A stretch of DNA of 64,000 nucleotides from an uncultured Chloroflexia bacterium (lineage in GTDB: Bacteria > Chloroflexota > Limnocylindria > Limnocylindrales > CSP1-4), in assembly GCA_963712745.1 (NCBI GenBank), contig CAVQJC010000002.1, positions 1 to 64,000 on the forward strand, written 5' to 3'. The position numbers and the translations under genes were made by a program. Positions 12,055-21,847 of this stretch are shown one piece after another. The notes beneath the pieces are model-generated. The model ran no database searches. It saw only the letters and a list, made by a program, of their open reading frames with translations, and was not told where the DNA came from. Every line of letters starts with the position of its first letter. Position 1 is the first letter of the stretch.

Positions 12055-13944
12055 ATGCCCCCTACCCGTTCCCGTGCCGCCGGCCCGGCCCTGGCCGCCT
12101 CACTCGTGCTGGTCGCCCTGGGTTTGCCCGTGGCCGCCGCGAGCAGCCCTGCCGATGCCGTCAGCGAGCTCTTCGACGCGGTGGAGCAGGGCGACTTCGC
12201 GGCTGCCGAGGCACTCGTCTGCGAAGCGGAGCGCGGGGCTGTCCGCACCACGTTCGACCCCGCAGCCCAGATGGGCTTCGATGGCGACGACATCGCCGCC
12301 GCGCTGAGCTTCAACGTCGCAGACCGAGCCGTGGAAGTCGTGAGCGAGGACGGCCAGGCGGCCTCGGTGCGTGTCACGGGCACGATGTCGCTCGACGCCG
12401 GCGGGGCCGATGTCGGCGAACTGGCCCGCTCGATCCTCGAGGCCGACATGGGTGCGGATGCGAGCGACGAAGACCTCGAGCGGATGCTGCCCTTCATCGA
12501 GATGGCCTTCAGCCAGGAGCTGCCCATCGACGAGGAGGTCGAACTCATCGTGGAGAACGGCGAGTGGGTCGTCTGCGGCGGCCTCCTCGAGCCCGAGGAG
12601 CCCGACTACGGCTTCGAGCCGGTCGTCTCCACCGAGGGTCTATGCGGCATCGTCAGCCCGCAGGATCTGAACGCCGTGAGCGAGCTGCAGTACGACTCCG
12701 CCAACGGCTTCGAGAACTTCTGCTCCTACTCCAACAGCGACTTCGACGACTACCACGGTGCCAACGTGAACCTTGAGTTCGACGAGGATGTCGAGCGCAT
12801 GGCCCAGATGTACGGGGCCGACCAGGCGCTGGAGGTGGGCGGTGCGGCGGCCTTCGCGACAGGCTCCGATGGCCTCGGCACCAACCTCATCACCCAGGCC
12901 GGCCAGGACGTGCTCATCGTCTCGGTCACCCTGCCGGAGGATCCACCGGCTGGGCTCGACTGGCTGACGCAGGCAACGGGCGTGACCGAGGTGTTCCTGC
13001 CGCGTGTCGCCGAGGCCCGGCTGGAACTGGTCGGCCCAACGCCACCTCCAACGCCCGAACCGACCCCCGAGATGGCACTGTGCGAGTCGCTGAGCCTCGA
13101 CGCGCTCAATGAGCTGACGGGCCTCGGTTTCGATGAGGTCTCCGGCGACTCGGCCTACTGCGGCTTTGCCTCGACCGACGGCGAGCCCGGGTTCCACAGC
13201 CTGGCGGTCTCACTGATCGAGACCGCGCTCGACGACTACACCGCCTGGCTGCCCGAGATGGAGGAGACGAGCGTGAGCGAGCTGCGCGCGCTCGAGGACG
13301 CATCTCAGCTCCTCATCGAACTGCCCGGAGGCGCGTACACGCTGAGCGTGGCTGGATTCCTCGACAGCGGCGACGAAGAGACGAGCCTGACCGACGAGTC
13401 GCTGCGGCGCCTTGTCGCGGAGACCCTGCTGCCGACCATCACGGTGCCGGAGCCAACCTTCAGCCGCGACGACCAGGTGGATCTCGGTGAGCTGGAGGAT
13501 CTCCTTTCCGATCCCGGTTCGGCGCTCACCGAGGGCACCGCGTCATTGCTGCCCAAGCCGATGTGCGAGTACCTCGACCTCGATGCCGTCAATGCCCTGG
13601 GCATCGTCGACTTCGACAGCGCCAACAGCTTCTGGGAGGAGCACTGCTCGCTGTCGCGGTCGGACCTGAGCGAGGGCTATGCCGAAGTGTCGGCGATGGT
13701 CGACGTCTTCACGCTTGACGACGTGCGCGGGTTCTTCCCCGACGGCGTCGAGACCACGCTGCTGGGGCTGCCCGCCTTCGACAGCGGCACCGATCTGCGG
13801 GTGGAGACCAGGGCAGGCGTCATCACCTTCGCGGCCATCCTGTCCGACGCGGCGGCAGGAAACAGAGTGGAACCGCGCGACCTGCTCATCGCGGTCGCGG
13901 AGCTGGTGGTGCCGGCCATCGAGGCTGACACGGCCGGCGAGTAG
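12055..13944 (+). CDS. secreted acidic protein with an N-terminal NTF2-like domain and three Cys-paired repeats (DUF3558-like)
   Basis: Signal peptide; repeats LCGIVS..FCSYS, LCESLS..YCGFA, MCEYLD..HCSLS; Pro/Thr linker. Confidence 0.75.
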   Translation: MPPTRSRAAGPALAASLVLVALGLPVAAASSPADAVSELFDAVEQGDFAAAEALVCEAERGAVRTTFDPAAQMGFDGDDIAAALSFNVADRAVEVVSEDGQAASVRVTGTMSLDAGGADVGELARSILEADMGADASDEDLERMLPFIEMAFSQELPIDEEVELIVENGEWVVCGGLLEPEEPDYGFEPVVSTEGLCGIVSPQDLNAVSELQYDSANGFENFCSYSNSDFDDYHGANVNLEFDEDVERMAQMYGADQALEVGGAAAFATGSDGLGTNLITQAGQDVLIVSVTLPEDPPAGLDWLTQATGVTEVFLPRVAEARLELVGPTPPPTPEPTPEMALCESLSLDALNELTGLGFDEVSGDSAYCGFASTDGEPGFHSLAVSLIETALDDYTAWLPEMEETSVSELRALEDASQLLIELPGGAYTLSVAGFLDSGDEETSLTDESLRRLVAETLLPTITVPEPTFSRDDQVDLGELEDLLSDPGSALTEGTASLLPKPMCEYLDLDAVNALGIVDFDSANSFWEEHCSLSRSDLSEGYAEVSAMVDVFTLDDVRGFFPDGVETTLLGLPAFDSGTDLRVETRAGVITFAAILSDAAAGNRVEPRDLLIAVAELVVPAIEADTAGE

Positions 13945-14104
13945 TCGGCGACGCTGGCGATTCGGGGCCCTGCGGCCGCCACCGCCGCACTAGACTGGTG
14001 GGGTCCGGGCCATTGGACCGTTAGCACCGCGTGAATATCGTGCCGCGCGGCGGGCCTGGACGCGACGCCCGCTCGTGCCCGCGGGTATGACTCGGAGGAG
14101 ACCC

Positions 14105-15133
14105 ATGTCCCGACGCCGCTCCCTTTGGCTCCTGCCTGCCGCCGTGCTGGCCGCGACAGCGTTCGCAGGTGCCCCGGCACTCGCCCAGGACGAAGAGGAT
14201 GACGGAATCCCTGAGATCGTCGTGGCCGGCTTCGTGCCTTCGCGAGAGGCCGACGTGCTCATCACCAACATCAAGCCCCTGACGGACTATCTGACCGAGG
14301 CGCTGGGCCACCTCGTGTGGGGCAACGTGACCCAGGACTATGCCGGCCTGGTCATCGCCATGGAGACCGGCCAGGCCCAGATCGGAGCCCTCCCGCCGTT
14401 CGGGATGGTCCAAGCGATGGACCGGGCTGGCGTGATCCCCATCCTGCAGACCCAGCGCGACGGCGAGGTGACGTACCACTCACAGTGGTTCACCAACAAC
14501 CCCGACAAGTACTGTGCTGACGAGCCCGTCGGCAAGGAGTACACGAACCGAGACGGCGAGACGTACACACTGCTCAACTGCAACGGGACCGCTGAGCCCG
14601 ACACCGAGGCCGGGTACACGTTCGGGCCCAAGGGCGAAGACGCCATCGCCAAGATCGAAGCGGGCACGCCCATCTCGTACACGAGCACGGGCTCGACGTC
14701 GGGCTTCATCTTCCCGGCGCTGCAGTTGATCGAACTGGCCGGTCTCGACCCGCTCGCGGACGTCGAGGCTGCCATGAACGGCGGCCACGACAACTCGGTG
14801 ATCGCGGTGTGCAACGGCGACGCCGAAGTCGGTGTGTCCTTCGATGACGCGCGCGAGATCGTGAGCCCCGCCGACTGTCCCGCACTCAGCGAGATGGTCG
14901 TGTTCGCGCTGTCCGACGAGATCCCTGCTGACGGCATCGGGGTCACCCCCGACCTCCCCGAGGAGTTCGTGCAGCAGATCATCGATGCGTTCCTGGCGTA
15001 CGCCGAGACGCCCGAGGGTGCCGACGTCCTCGATTCGGTCTATCAGATCGATACGTACGGCCTCGCAGATGTGACCCAATACGACCTCGTCCGTGAGGCG
15101 GCCGACAAGGTCGAAGCGGCGTCGCTGAACTAG
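14105..15133 (+). CDS. phnD: phosphate/phosphite/phosphonate ABC transporter substrate-binding protein
   Basis: GFVPS, DYAGLVIAM, GSTSGFIFP, GGHDNSV..V..GDAEVG; RBS GGAGGAG. Confidence 0.88.
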   Translation: MSRRRSLWLLPAAVLAATAFAGAPALAQDEEDDGIPEIVVAGFVPSREADVLITNIKPLTDYLTEALGHLVWGNVTQDYAGLVIAMETGQAQIGALPPFGMVQAMDRAGVIPILQTQRDGEVTYHSQWFTNNPDKYCADEPVGKEYTNRDGETYTLLNCNGTAEPDTEAGYTFGPKGEDAIAKIEAGTPISYTSTGSTSGFIFPALQLIELAGLDPLADVEAAMNGGHDNSVIAVCNGDAEVGVSFDDAREIVSPADCPALSEMVVFALSDEIPADGIGVTPDLPEEFVQQIIDAFLAYAETPEGADVLDSVYQIDTYGLADVTQYDLVREAADKVEAASLN

Positions 15134-15146
15134 CCGAGCGAACCTA

Positions 15147-15182
15147 GCCATGGCGGGCCGGCTCCAGCCGGCCCGCCATGGC
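15147..15182 (+). promoter_or_regulatory. perfect 17-bp inverted repeat between phnD and phnC (mRNA-stabilising or attenuating hairpin)
   Basis: gccatggcgggccggct-cc-agccggcccgccatggc, without a U-tract. Confidence 0.65.
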
Positions 15183-15205
15183 CTGTCACCCAGGGGCCGA
15201 CACAG

Positions 15206-15991
15206 ATGATCCGATTCGAGAACGCCTCGGTGGTCTACCGGGGCGGGGTGCACGCGCTGCGTGATCTGACGCTGGAGATCGAGGACGGGGAGATGCTCGT
15301 CATCGTGGGCCTCTCAGGCGCCGGGAAGTCCACCCTGATCCGGGTCATCAATGGGCTCGTCCCACTCGCGAGTGGTGATGTCATCGTGGACGGCAAGTCC
15401 ATCGCCAAGGCGTCCTCGAAGGAACTCCGCGAGATCCGCTCGCACATCGGCATGATCTTCCAGACCTTCAACCTGGTGAAGCGGGCCTCTGTGCTCGACA
15501 ACGTGATGATGGGGCGCCTGCACGCCACGCCCTGGTATCGCTCGCTCATCAGTCGCTGGAAGGCCGAGGATGTCGAGATCGGGATGCAGTCCCTCGAGCG
15601 CGTCGACATCGTGGAGAAGGCGTACGTCCGGGCCGCGAACCTGTCGGGTGGTCAGCAGCAGCGTGTCGGTATCGCGCGCGCGCTCGCTCAGCAACCCAGC
15701 ATCATCCTGGCCGACGAGCCCGTGGCCTCGCTCGATCCGCCAACGTCGCACGTGGTGATGCGCGACCTCCAGCGCATCAATCGAGAACTGGGTATCACGA
15801 CCATCGTGAACCTTCACTTCCTTGATCTTGCGCGTGTCTATGCACAGCGGATCATCGGTCTTCGCGGCGGCGAACTCGTGTTCGATGGGCCTGGCGCCGA
15901 TGCTGACGAGAACGTCTTCCGAGACATCTACGGTCGCTCACTCACCGCGGACGACGTCCTGGAAACAGCGCCCGTCAGCCCGGCCCTGTGA
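15206..15991 (+). CDS. phnC: phosphonate ABC transporter ATP-binding protein
   Basis: GLSGAGKST, IGMIFQTFNLV, LSGGQQQRVGIARAL, ILADEPVASLDP. Confidence 0.93.
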   Translation: MIRFENASVVYRGGVHALRDLTLEIEDGEMLVIVGLSGAGKSTLIRVINGLVPLASGDVIVDGKSIAKASSKELREIRSHIGMIFQTFNLVKRASVLDNVMMGRLHATPWYRSLISRWKAEDVEIGMQSLERVDIVEKAYVRAANLSGGQQQRVGIARALAQQPSIILADEPVASLDPPTSHVVMRDLQRINRELGITTIVNLHFLDLARVYAQRIIGLRGGELVFDGPGADADENVFRDIYGRSLTADDVLETAPVSPAL

Positions 15992-16800
15992 CGGCGACCG
16001 CGACCTCCTCGGGCCCGCCCAAGTCTCGCCGTCCAGCCAAGCCGCGCCGATCCCCGCTGCTGCCGGCCGGGCTCCTCGCTATCGTCGCGATCACGATCTG
16101 GGCGGCATCGGAGATCGGTTTCGACGTCGCGAAGATCGTCAACAACTGGAACCGCGGCATCTCCATCATCGGCGAGGTCCTGAGCGTCAACTGGGCGTTC
16201 TTCCCACGCACCGTCGATCCCATGATCCAGACCTTCCAGATCGCCATCATCGCTGCCATCGTGGGCTGCGCTGTGGCTCTGCCCTTCGCCTTCATCGCTT
16301 CCAGAGTCACCGCCCCCAATCGCTGGTCTCAGACCCTCGATCGCTGGGTGCTCAACGTCATCCGAGCGTTGCCTGACCTCCTGTACGCGATGATCTTCGT
16401 GGCAGCGCTGAGCGTGGGCCCGACCGCCGGGGTGCTGGCGCTCATCTTCTTCAACATCGGCGTCATGGCAAAGCTTCTTTCGGAGACCGTGGACGCGGTC
16501 GACACCGGGCCGATGGAGGCCGCCCAGGCGGCGGGCGCAAGTCACACGCAGACGGTCCGAAGCTCCGTCCTGCCCCAGGTCTTGCCCAACTACGTGGCCT
16601 TCGCGCTGTACATCTTCGAGCTCAACATCCGCGCCTCGACCGTCATCGGCCTCACCGGCGCCGGTGGCATCGGCATGCTGCTGGGCGCACAGCTGGCACG
16701 CTTCAACTTCCCTGAGATCGGGATGATCATCGTCGAGATCTTCGTGGTCGTCCTGCTCATCGAGTTCGCAAGCACCATCCTGCGACGGCGGCTGGTATGA
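15988..16800 (+). CDS. phnE: phosphonate ABC transporter permease
   Basis: IRALPDL, KLLSETVDAVD.GPMEA, FELNIRASTVIG..GAGGIG. Confidence 0.92.
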   Translation: MTATATSSGPPKSRRPAKPRRSPLLPAGLLAIVAITIWAASEIGFDVAKIVNNWNRGISIIGEVLSVNWAFFPRTVDPMIQTFQIAIIAAIVGCAVALPFAFIASRVTAPNRWSQTLDRWVLNVIRALPDLLYAMIFVAALSVGPTAGVLALIFFNIGVMAKLLSETVDAVDTGPMEAAQAAGASHTQTVRSSVLPQVLPNYVAFALYIFELNIRASTVIGLTGAGGIGMLLGAQLARFNFPEIGMIIVEIFVVVLLIEFASTILRRRLV

Positions 16801-17669
16801 CCGAGCGACCCACCAAGCCGTCTGCTCGCCAGCGCAACCTCGTCTTCCTGGCGGTCAGCGCGGTCTTCCTGTGGGCCGTCGTGGGGGTCGGCATCAGGTG
16901 GGATCGCCTCCTCAACCTGCCCGAGCGGCTCATCGACATCTTCGGGCGCATGTTCTTGCCGCCCGATTGGTCGTTCCTGCCGGTGGCGGTAGACGCCATG
17001 GTGGAGTCGATCGCCATGGCCTGGGTGGGAACGATGATCGGCGCAGCGCTGTCACTGCCGATGGGTTTCCTGGCTGCCCGGAACGTCTCGGGTGGGGGTT
17101 TGTCGGCGATCGCGCGCCTCATCCTCAATGTCATCCGGGCGGTGCCAGAGCTGATCCTCGCCATCGTCGTGTTCGTGCCCATCGCCGGCCTCGGCGCGAT
17201 GGCAGGAGCGCTCGCGATCGGGATCCACTCCGTCGGCACCCTGGGCAAGCTCACCTCTGAAGCCATCGAATCGATCGACCCCGGACCCGTCGAGGCGACC
17301 CGTGCAGCGGGCGCCAGCGGGATCGCCCAGCAGCGCTGGGGTGTGGTCCCACAGGTATTGCCGGAGATCGTGGCGTTCTGGCTCTATCGCTTCGAGATCA
17401 ACCTGCGAGCAGCCGCCGTGCTGGGCATCGTGGGCGCTGGCGGCATCGGCGCGCTCCTGGCCAACACGCTCACGTACCGCCGCTGGGAGCAGGCCGGCAT
17501 GGTCGTTCTTGTCGTCATCGTGGGCACCATCATCATCGACCAAGCCAGTGGCTGGCTGCGGCGCCGGATCATCGAGGGCAGCGACGGGAAGCCTGGGCAG
17601 CAGGAGGAGGAAGAACTCTCCGGGCTGCGCGCTGCCGATCCCGGGCTGGAGACCGACAGCGCCTCGTGA
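16797..17669 (+). CDS. phnE: phosphonate ABC transporter permease (second)
   Basis: IRAVPEL, GKLTSEAIE, LYRFEINLRAAAVLGIVGAGGIG. Confidence 0.92.
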   Translation: MTERPTKPSARQRNLVFLAVSAVFLWAVVGVGIRWDRLLNLPERLIDIFGRMFLPPDWSFLPVAVDAMVESIAMAWVGTMIGAALSLPMGFLAARNVSGGGLSAIARLILNVIRAVPELILAIVVFVPIAGLGAMAGALAIGIHSVGTLGKLTSEAIESIDPGPVEATRAAGASGIAQQRWGVVPQVLPEIVAFWLYRFEINLRAAAVLGIVGAGGIGALLANTLTYRRWEQAGMVVLVVIVGTIIIDQASGWLRRRIIEGSDGKPGQQEEEELSGLRAADPGLETDSAS

Positions 17670-18688
17670 CTGACCGTTTCATCCTGCGCGACCGCCGAGT
17701 TCGCGAGGCGGAGGAGGCCGAGCGGCTCGCACCAGGAGCCTTCCGCTCGGTCGAGTCGCGGGGCCGCGCCCGCGCGGAGGAGCCCGATGAGCTGCGCACG
17801 GCCTTCGAACGCGACCGCGACCGAATCATGCACAGCAAGGCCTTCCGCCGCCTCAAGCACAAGACACAGGTCTTCGTGAACCCCGAGGGCGACCACTACG
17901 TGACGCGCCTGACGCACACCATCCAGGTGACGCAGATCGCGCGCTCCATCGCGGCGGCCCTGTCGCTCAACGAGTCGCTGGCAGAGGCCATCGGCCTCGG
18001 TCATGACGTGGGCCACTCCCCTTTCGGCCACACCGGCGAGGAGGCCTTGTCGCCGTACTTCCCGACCAGCGGCGGCTGGCATCACGCGGCGCAGTCGGTG
18101 CGCATCTACGAGGTGCTGGAGGACCTGAACCTGAGCTGGGAGGTGCGCGACGGCATCCGCGCCCACTCCTGGAAGATCGACCCGCCGCCGGCCACGCAGG
18201 AAGCGCACTGCGTCCGCTACGCGGACAGGATCGCCTACCTCACCCACGACGCGTTGGACGCCATGAGAGCGGGTGTGCTCAAGCCGGACGAGTTCCCCCG
18301 GGCCGTGACCGAGCGCTTCGGCGCGCCGGGTTCGTCCTGGGTCGGCGGCATGATCGAGGCCGTCATCGACGGTTCGCTCGCCTCGGGCGAGGTGCGCATG
18401 GACGACGACGTCCTCACCGTCATGAACGAGTTGCGTGACTTCATGTTCGCGCGTGTCTACCTGGGCCCGGCCCAACGCGCGCCACAGGCAGCCGCCATCG
18501 ATGTCATCCGGCGACTGATGGATCACCACCTCAGCCACCCCGACGACATCCCGGCCTCGTACCGGGACAACGATGCCGACCGGGTGACGCAGGCGACCGA
18601 CTACATCGCGGGTATGACCGACCGCTTCGCGCTGCGCACCCATGCGCGCCTGTTCGGCGATGACGGCATGGACGACGCCGCCCTGTGA
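17666..18688 (+). CDS. dgt: HD-domain dNTP triphosphohydrolase (dGTPase-like)
   Basis: RTAFERDRDRIMHSKAFRRLKHKTQVF, TRLTHT, GHDVGHSPFGHTGE, ADRIAY..HD, DYIAGMTDRFA. Confidence 0.92.
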   Translation: MTDRFILRDRRVREAEEAERLAPGAFRSVESRGRARAEEPDELRTAFERDRDRIMHSKAFRRLKHKTQVFVNPEGDHYVTRLTHTIQVTQIARSIAAALSLNESLAEAIGLGHDVGHSPFGHTGEEALSPYFPTSGGWHHAAQSVRIYEVLEDLNLSWEVRDGIRAHSWKIDPPPATQEAHCVRYADRIAYLTHDALDAMRAGVLKPDEFPRAVTERFGAPGSSWVGGMIEAVIDGSLASGEVRMDDDVLTVMNELRDFMFARVYLGPAQRAPQAAAIDVIRRLMDHHLSHPDDIPASYRDNDADRVTQATDYIAGMTDRFALRTHARLFGDDGMDDAAL

Positions 18689-19299
18689 GCCGCCACGAGA
18701 ACGTCTTCGGCGATCTGCTGCCGGGCATCCGCATCGGCATCGACATGGATGGCGTGCTGGCCGATTTCAACACCGGCTGGATGACGCGCTACAACCGCGA
18801 CTTCGGCACCGACCTCGAGGCCTCGATGGTGCAGCAGTGGGACGGGATCTACCGACTGACCCACTTCGACTCGATGGCCGATTTCTGGGCCTGGGCCCAG
18901 GGGGACGGCCGCTCCACGTTCCGGGATGCGCCACCGCTGCCGGGGGCCATCGAGGCCATCAAGCGCATCGGCCGCCGCCACCGGGTGGTCATCGTCAGTT
19001 CCAAGTTCGATTGGGCCATCCCCAATTCGCTGGCCTGGCTGGCCGACCACGACGTGCCCGCGCGGGAGGTCCACTTCCTCTGGGACAAGACGCTGGCCGG
19101 CTGTGACATCTACCTCGATGATGCGCCGCACCAGCTCGAGGAGCTCGCATCCGGCCTGCCCGATGCGGTCGTGTGCCGCATGGTCCATCCCTGGAACGAC
19201 CCCATGGACGGGGTCGTGGACGTGCACTCGTGGGATGAGTTCGAGGCCATCGTCGAGGACGTCGCCGCGCGCCACGAGGCCAGCCGCACGCCAGGCTGA
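18685..19299 (+). CDS. 5'(3')-deoxyribonucleotidase, NT5C-type HAD
   Basis: IGIDMDGVLADF, P.PGAIEA, DK..CDIYLDDAPH, HPWN. Confidence 0.85.
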   Translation: MSRHENVFGDLLPGIRIGIDMDGVLADFNTGWMTRYNRDFGTDLEASMVQQWDGIYRLTHFDSMADFWAWAQGDGRSTFRDAPPLPGAIEAIKRIGRRHRVVIVSSKFDWAIPNSLAWLADHDVPAREVHFLWDKTLAGCDIYLDDAPHQLEELASGLPDAVVCRMVHPWNDPMDGVVDVHSWDEFEAIVEDVAARHEASRTPG

Positions 19300-19394
19300 G
19301 GTGGCCCTGGGCTCCGCGTTCAGATAGATACTTGCGGCCGCAACCATTTCGTGCGACACTATCGCTGACCGCTCCCCCCTCCGAGGCCAATGAC

Positions 19395-20399
19395 ATGCCA
19401 GCTATCACCGTCGAAGACATCACCGCCCTGCCGCGGATCCCGGTGCCCGATCCATCGATCGCCCGCGAGCGCAGTGTGAAGAGCGTGACGCGGGCGCCCA
19501 GCGCCTTCGAGGGCGAGGGCTTTCCCGTTCGCCGGGCGTTCGCGGGTGTCGACCTGCGGGACCTGGATCCCTTCATCCACCTCGATCAGATGGGTGAGGT
19601 CGAGTACGCGCCTGGAGAGCCCAAGGGCACACCCTGGCATCCGCATCGCGGCTTCGAGACGGTCACCTACATGATCGATGGCATCTTCGAACACCAGGAC
19701 TCGAACGGTGGTGGCGGTGTCATCACCAACGGCGATACCCAATGGATGACCGCGGGCGCCGGCATCCTGCACATCGAGAAGCCGCCGGAGCACCTGGTCG
19801 TGAGTGGCGGGCTCTTCCACGGGTTCCAGCTCTGGGTCAACCTGCCCCGCTCGAAGAAATGGGCCGATCCGCGCTACCAGGACCTGCGCGCCGACGAGGT
19901 GGCCCTGGCCGCCTCGGATGACGGCGGCGCCCTTCTTCGAATCATCGCCGGCGAGCTCGGCGGGCTGCGTGGCCCGGGCTCGACCTACACGCCGATGACG
20001 CAGGTGCATGCCACGATCAGCCCCGGCGCCCGGCTCTCGCTGCCCTGGCGAGCGGACTACAACGGGCTGCTGTACGTCCTCAACGGCGAGGGCACGGTGG
20101 GCCCGGAGGGGCGCCCCATCGGCATGGGCCAGCTGGCCGTCTACGGCCCTGGTGACACGCTGACCGTGGCGGCGGGACCGGTGCAAGAGAGTCGCAGCCC
20201 GAGCATGGACGTGCTCATCCTGGGCGGGCTGCCCATCCGCGAGCCGGTGGCCTGGATGGGCCCATTCGTGATGAACTCGCGGTCCGAGGTGATGCAGGCG
20301 TTCAGCGACTACCAGGCCGGCCGGCTGGGCTCGATCCCGGCGGTCCACGGCACGCCCTCGCGCGTCGTCTCCACCGACGAGGAAGACGCGAGGGCCTGA
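19395..20399 (+). CDS. pirin family protein
   Basis: EGEGFPVRRAF, DPFIHLD, WHPHRGFETVTY, WMTAGAGILHIE, GFQLWVNLP, GPFVMN. Confidence 0.95.
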   Translation: MPAITVEDITALPRIPVPDPSIARERSVKSVTRAPSAFEGEGFPVRRAFAGVDLRDLDPFIHLDQMGEVEYAPGEPKGTPWHPHRGFETVTYMIDGIFEHQDSNGGGGVITNGDTQWMTAGAGILHIEKPPEHLVVSGGLFHGFQLWVNLPRSKKWADPRYQDLRADEVALAASDDGGALLRIIAGELGGLRGPGSTYTPMTQVHATISPGARLSLPWRADYNGLLYVLNGEGTVGPEGRPIGMGQLAVYGPGDTLTVAAGPVQESRSPSMDVLILGGLPIREPVAWMGPFVMNSRSEVMQAFSDYQAGRLGSIPAVHGTPSRVVSTDEEDARA

Positions 20400-20432
20400 C
20401 GGGCGATTATCCTGAGGTGCCCAGGAGTGATC

Positions 20433-21272
20433 ATGCGCCCGTTCCGCCAAGTCGATGTCTTCTCATCCGAGCCGCTCCGAGGCAACCCGGTGGCGGTGGT
20501 GCATAAGGCCGCTGGGCTGACCACCGAACAGATGGAGCGCTTCACGCGCTGGACGAACCTGTCCGAAGCCACGTTCCTGCTGCCGCCGACGGACCCGACG
20601 GCCGACTATGCGGTGCGAATCTTCACGCAGGTCGGTGAACTGCCCTTCGCCGGACACCCCACGCTGGGCACATGCCACGCCTGGCTGGAAGCCGGAGGCG
20701 AGCCGAGCGACGCTGAGCGCATCGTCCAGGAGTGCCCAGCCGGTCTCGTGCCCATCCGACGCATCGACGGGGTGCTCGCCTTCGAGGCGCCGCCGGTGTC
20801 GCGTTCGGGCCCGGTCTCGGCGACGCACCTGGCACGCATCGCCGAGGTCCTCGGCATCAGCACCGCGGACATCGTGGACAGCCAGTGGGTCGACAATGGC
20901 CCCGGCTGGGTGGCAGTCATGCTCGACTCGGCGGAGGCCGTGCTGGAGCTGCGCCCATCGGGTCGCGGCGAGCACATCGACATCGGTGTGGTGGGCATGT
21001 ACCCGCCCGGGTCGGAGTGCACCTACGAGGTTCGGGCCATCTTCAACAACGACCGCGGAGAGCTGATGGAGGACCCCGTCACCGGCAGCCTCAACGCGTC
21101 CCTCGCGCAGTGGCTCGTGGGCAGTGGACAGGTGACACCGCCCTACACGGCCAGCCAGGGCACAGTCCTGGGTCGGCGCGGCCGGCCACGCATCAGCCGC
21201 GACGAGCGCGGGGCCATCTGGGTCGGTGGCGCCACCCGAACCATGATCGAAGGCTCGGTCGACCTCGAGTAG
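20433..21272 (+). CDS. PhzF family epimerase/isomerase
   Basis: QVDVFS..PLRGNPVAVV, NLSEATF, ELPFAGHPTLG, EDPVTGSLN. Confidence 0.93.
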   Translation: MRPFRQVDVFSSEPLRGNPVAVVHKAAGLTTEQMERFTRWTNLSEATFLLPPTDPTADYAVRIFTQVGELPFAGHPTLGTCHAWLEAGGEPSDAERIVQECPAGLVPIRRIDGVLAFEAPPVSRSGPVSATHLARIAEVLGISTADIVDSQWVDNGPGWVAVMLDSAEAVLELRPSGRGEHIDIGVVGMYPPGSECTYEVRAIFNNDRGELMEDPVTGSLNASLAQWLVGSGQVTPPYTASQGTVLGRRGRPRISRDERGAIWVGGATRTMIEGSVDLE

Positions 21273-21659
21273 CCGGTGGTTCCAGCGCCAGTAGCGCCCG
21301 CGAGCTTGCCGGATGACAGCGCCAGCGCCAGCGAGCTCGCCAGATGCCAGCGCCAGCAGCGCCGATCAAGGGTTGCGGCTGCGATGGCGCCAGGCGTCAC
21401 CCACACGGGCGCATCGCCGCTCGTGCACGTGGTTCCCGCGCCATGGGACAGCCGCAGCGACAGCGGGCGCCGACGGCCAGGCCGTTCGCGCCGCGCGTCA
21501 ACCGGGCTGGCGGATGGCGACAAGGCGGCGCGTTTCGGCGCAGGAAGAGCTGCCCATGTCGACGACGCGGCATTCGAGGTGGCGCGCCGCGGGGACGGCG
21601 CTACCGTGGCTGCAGGATGGCGCGGGGCGGTCGTCAGCGCAGGTGTCCGGCGCAGGAGG

Positions 21660-21703
21660 CTCGGCAGCTCGGGCAGCTCGGGCAGACTCGGGCAACTCGG
21701 GCA
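21660..21703. repeat. imperfect 9-bp tandem repeat (ctcgggcag) x ~5
   Basis: Seen directly in the sequence. Confidence 0.7.
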
Positions 21704-21772
21704 CGAGGAGGCTCGCCGGTTGGGGAACCCCGAGGCTCGGTCGACCTCGAGTAGGGACCGGGGGACGCGGGC

Positions 21773-21847
21773 CCGGGTATCGGCCGACGTCGACGCGCCG
21801 GATATCAGCCGACGTCGACGCGCCGGATATCAGCCGACGTCGACGCG
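21773..21847. repeat. 3 x 25-bp tandem repeat (ccggatatcagccgacgtcgacgcg) duplicating the 3' end of the Mo-oxidoreductase gene
   Basis: Copies at 21773 (2 mismatches), 21798 and 21823; the third contains the stop codon at 21830. Confidence 0.9.

Noticed and set aside
21773-21847. 25-bp repeats as a possible CRISPR array
   Set aside because: The copies are directly adjacent with no spacers, and there are no cas genes.
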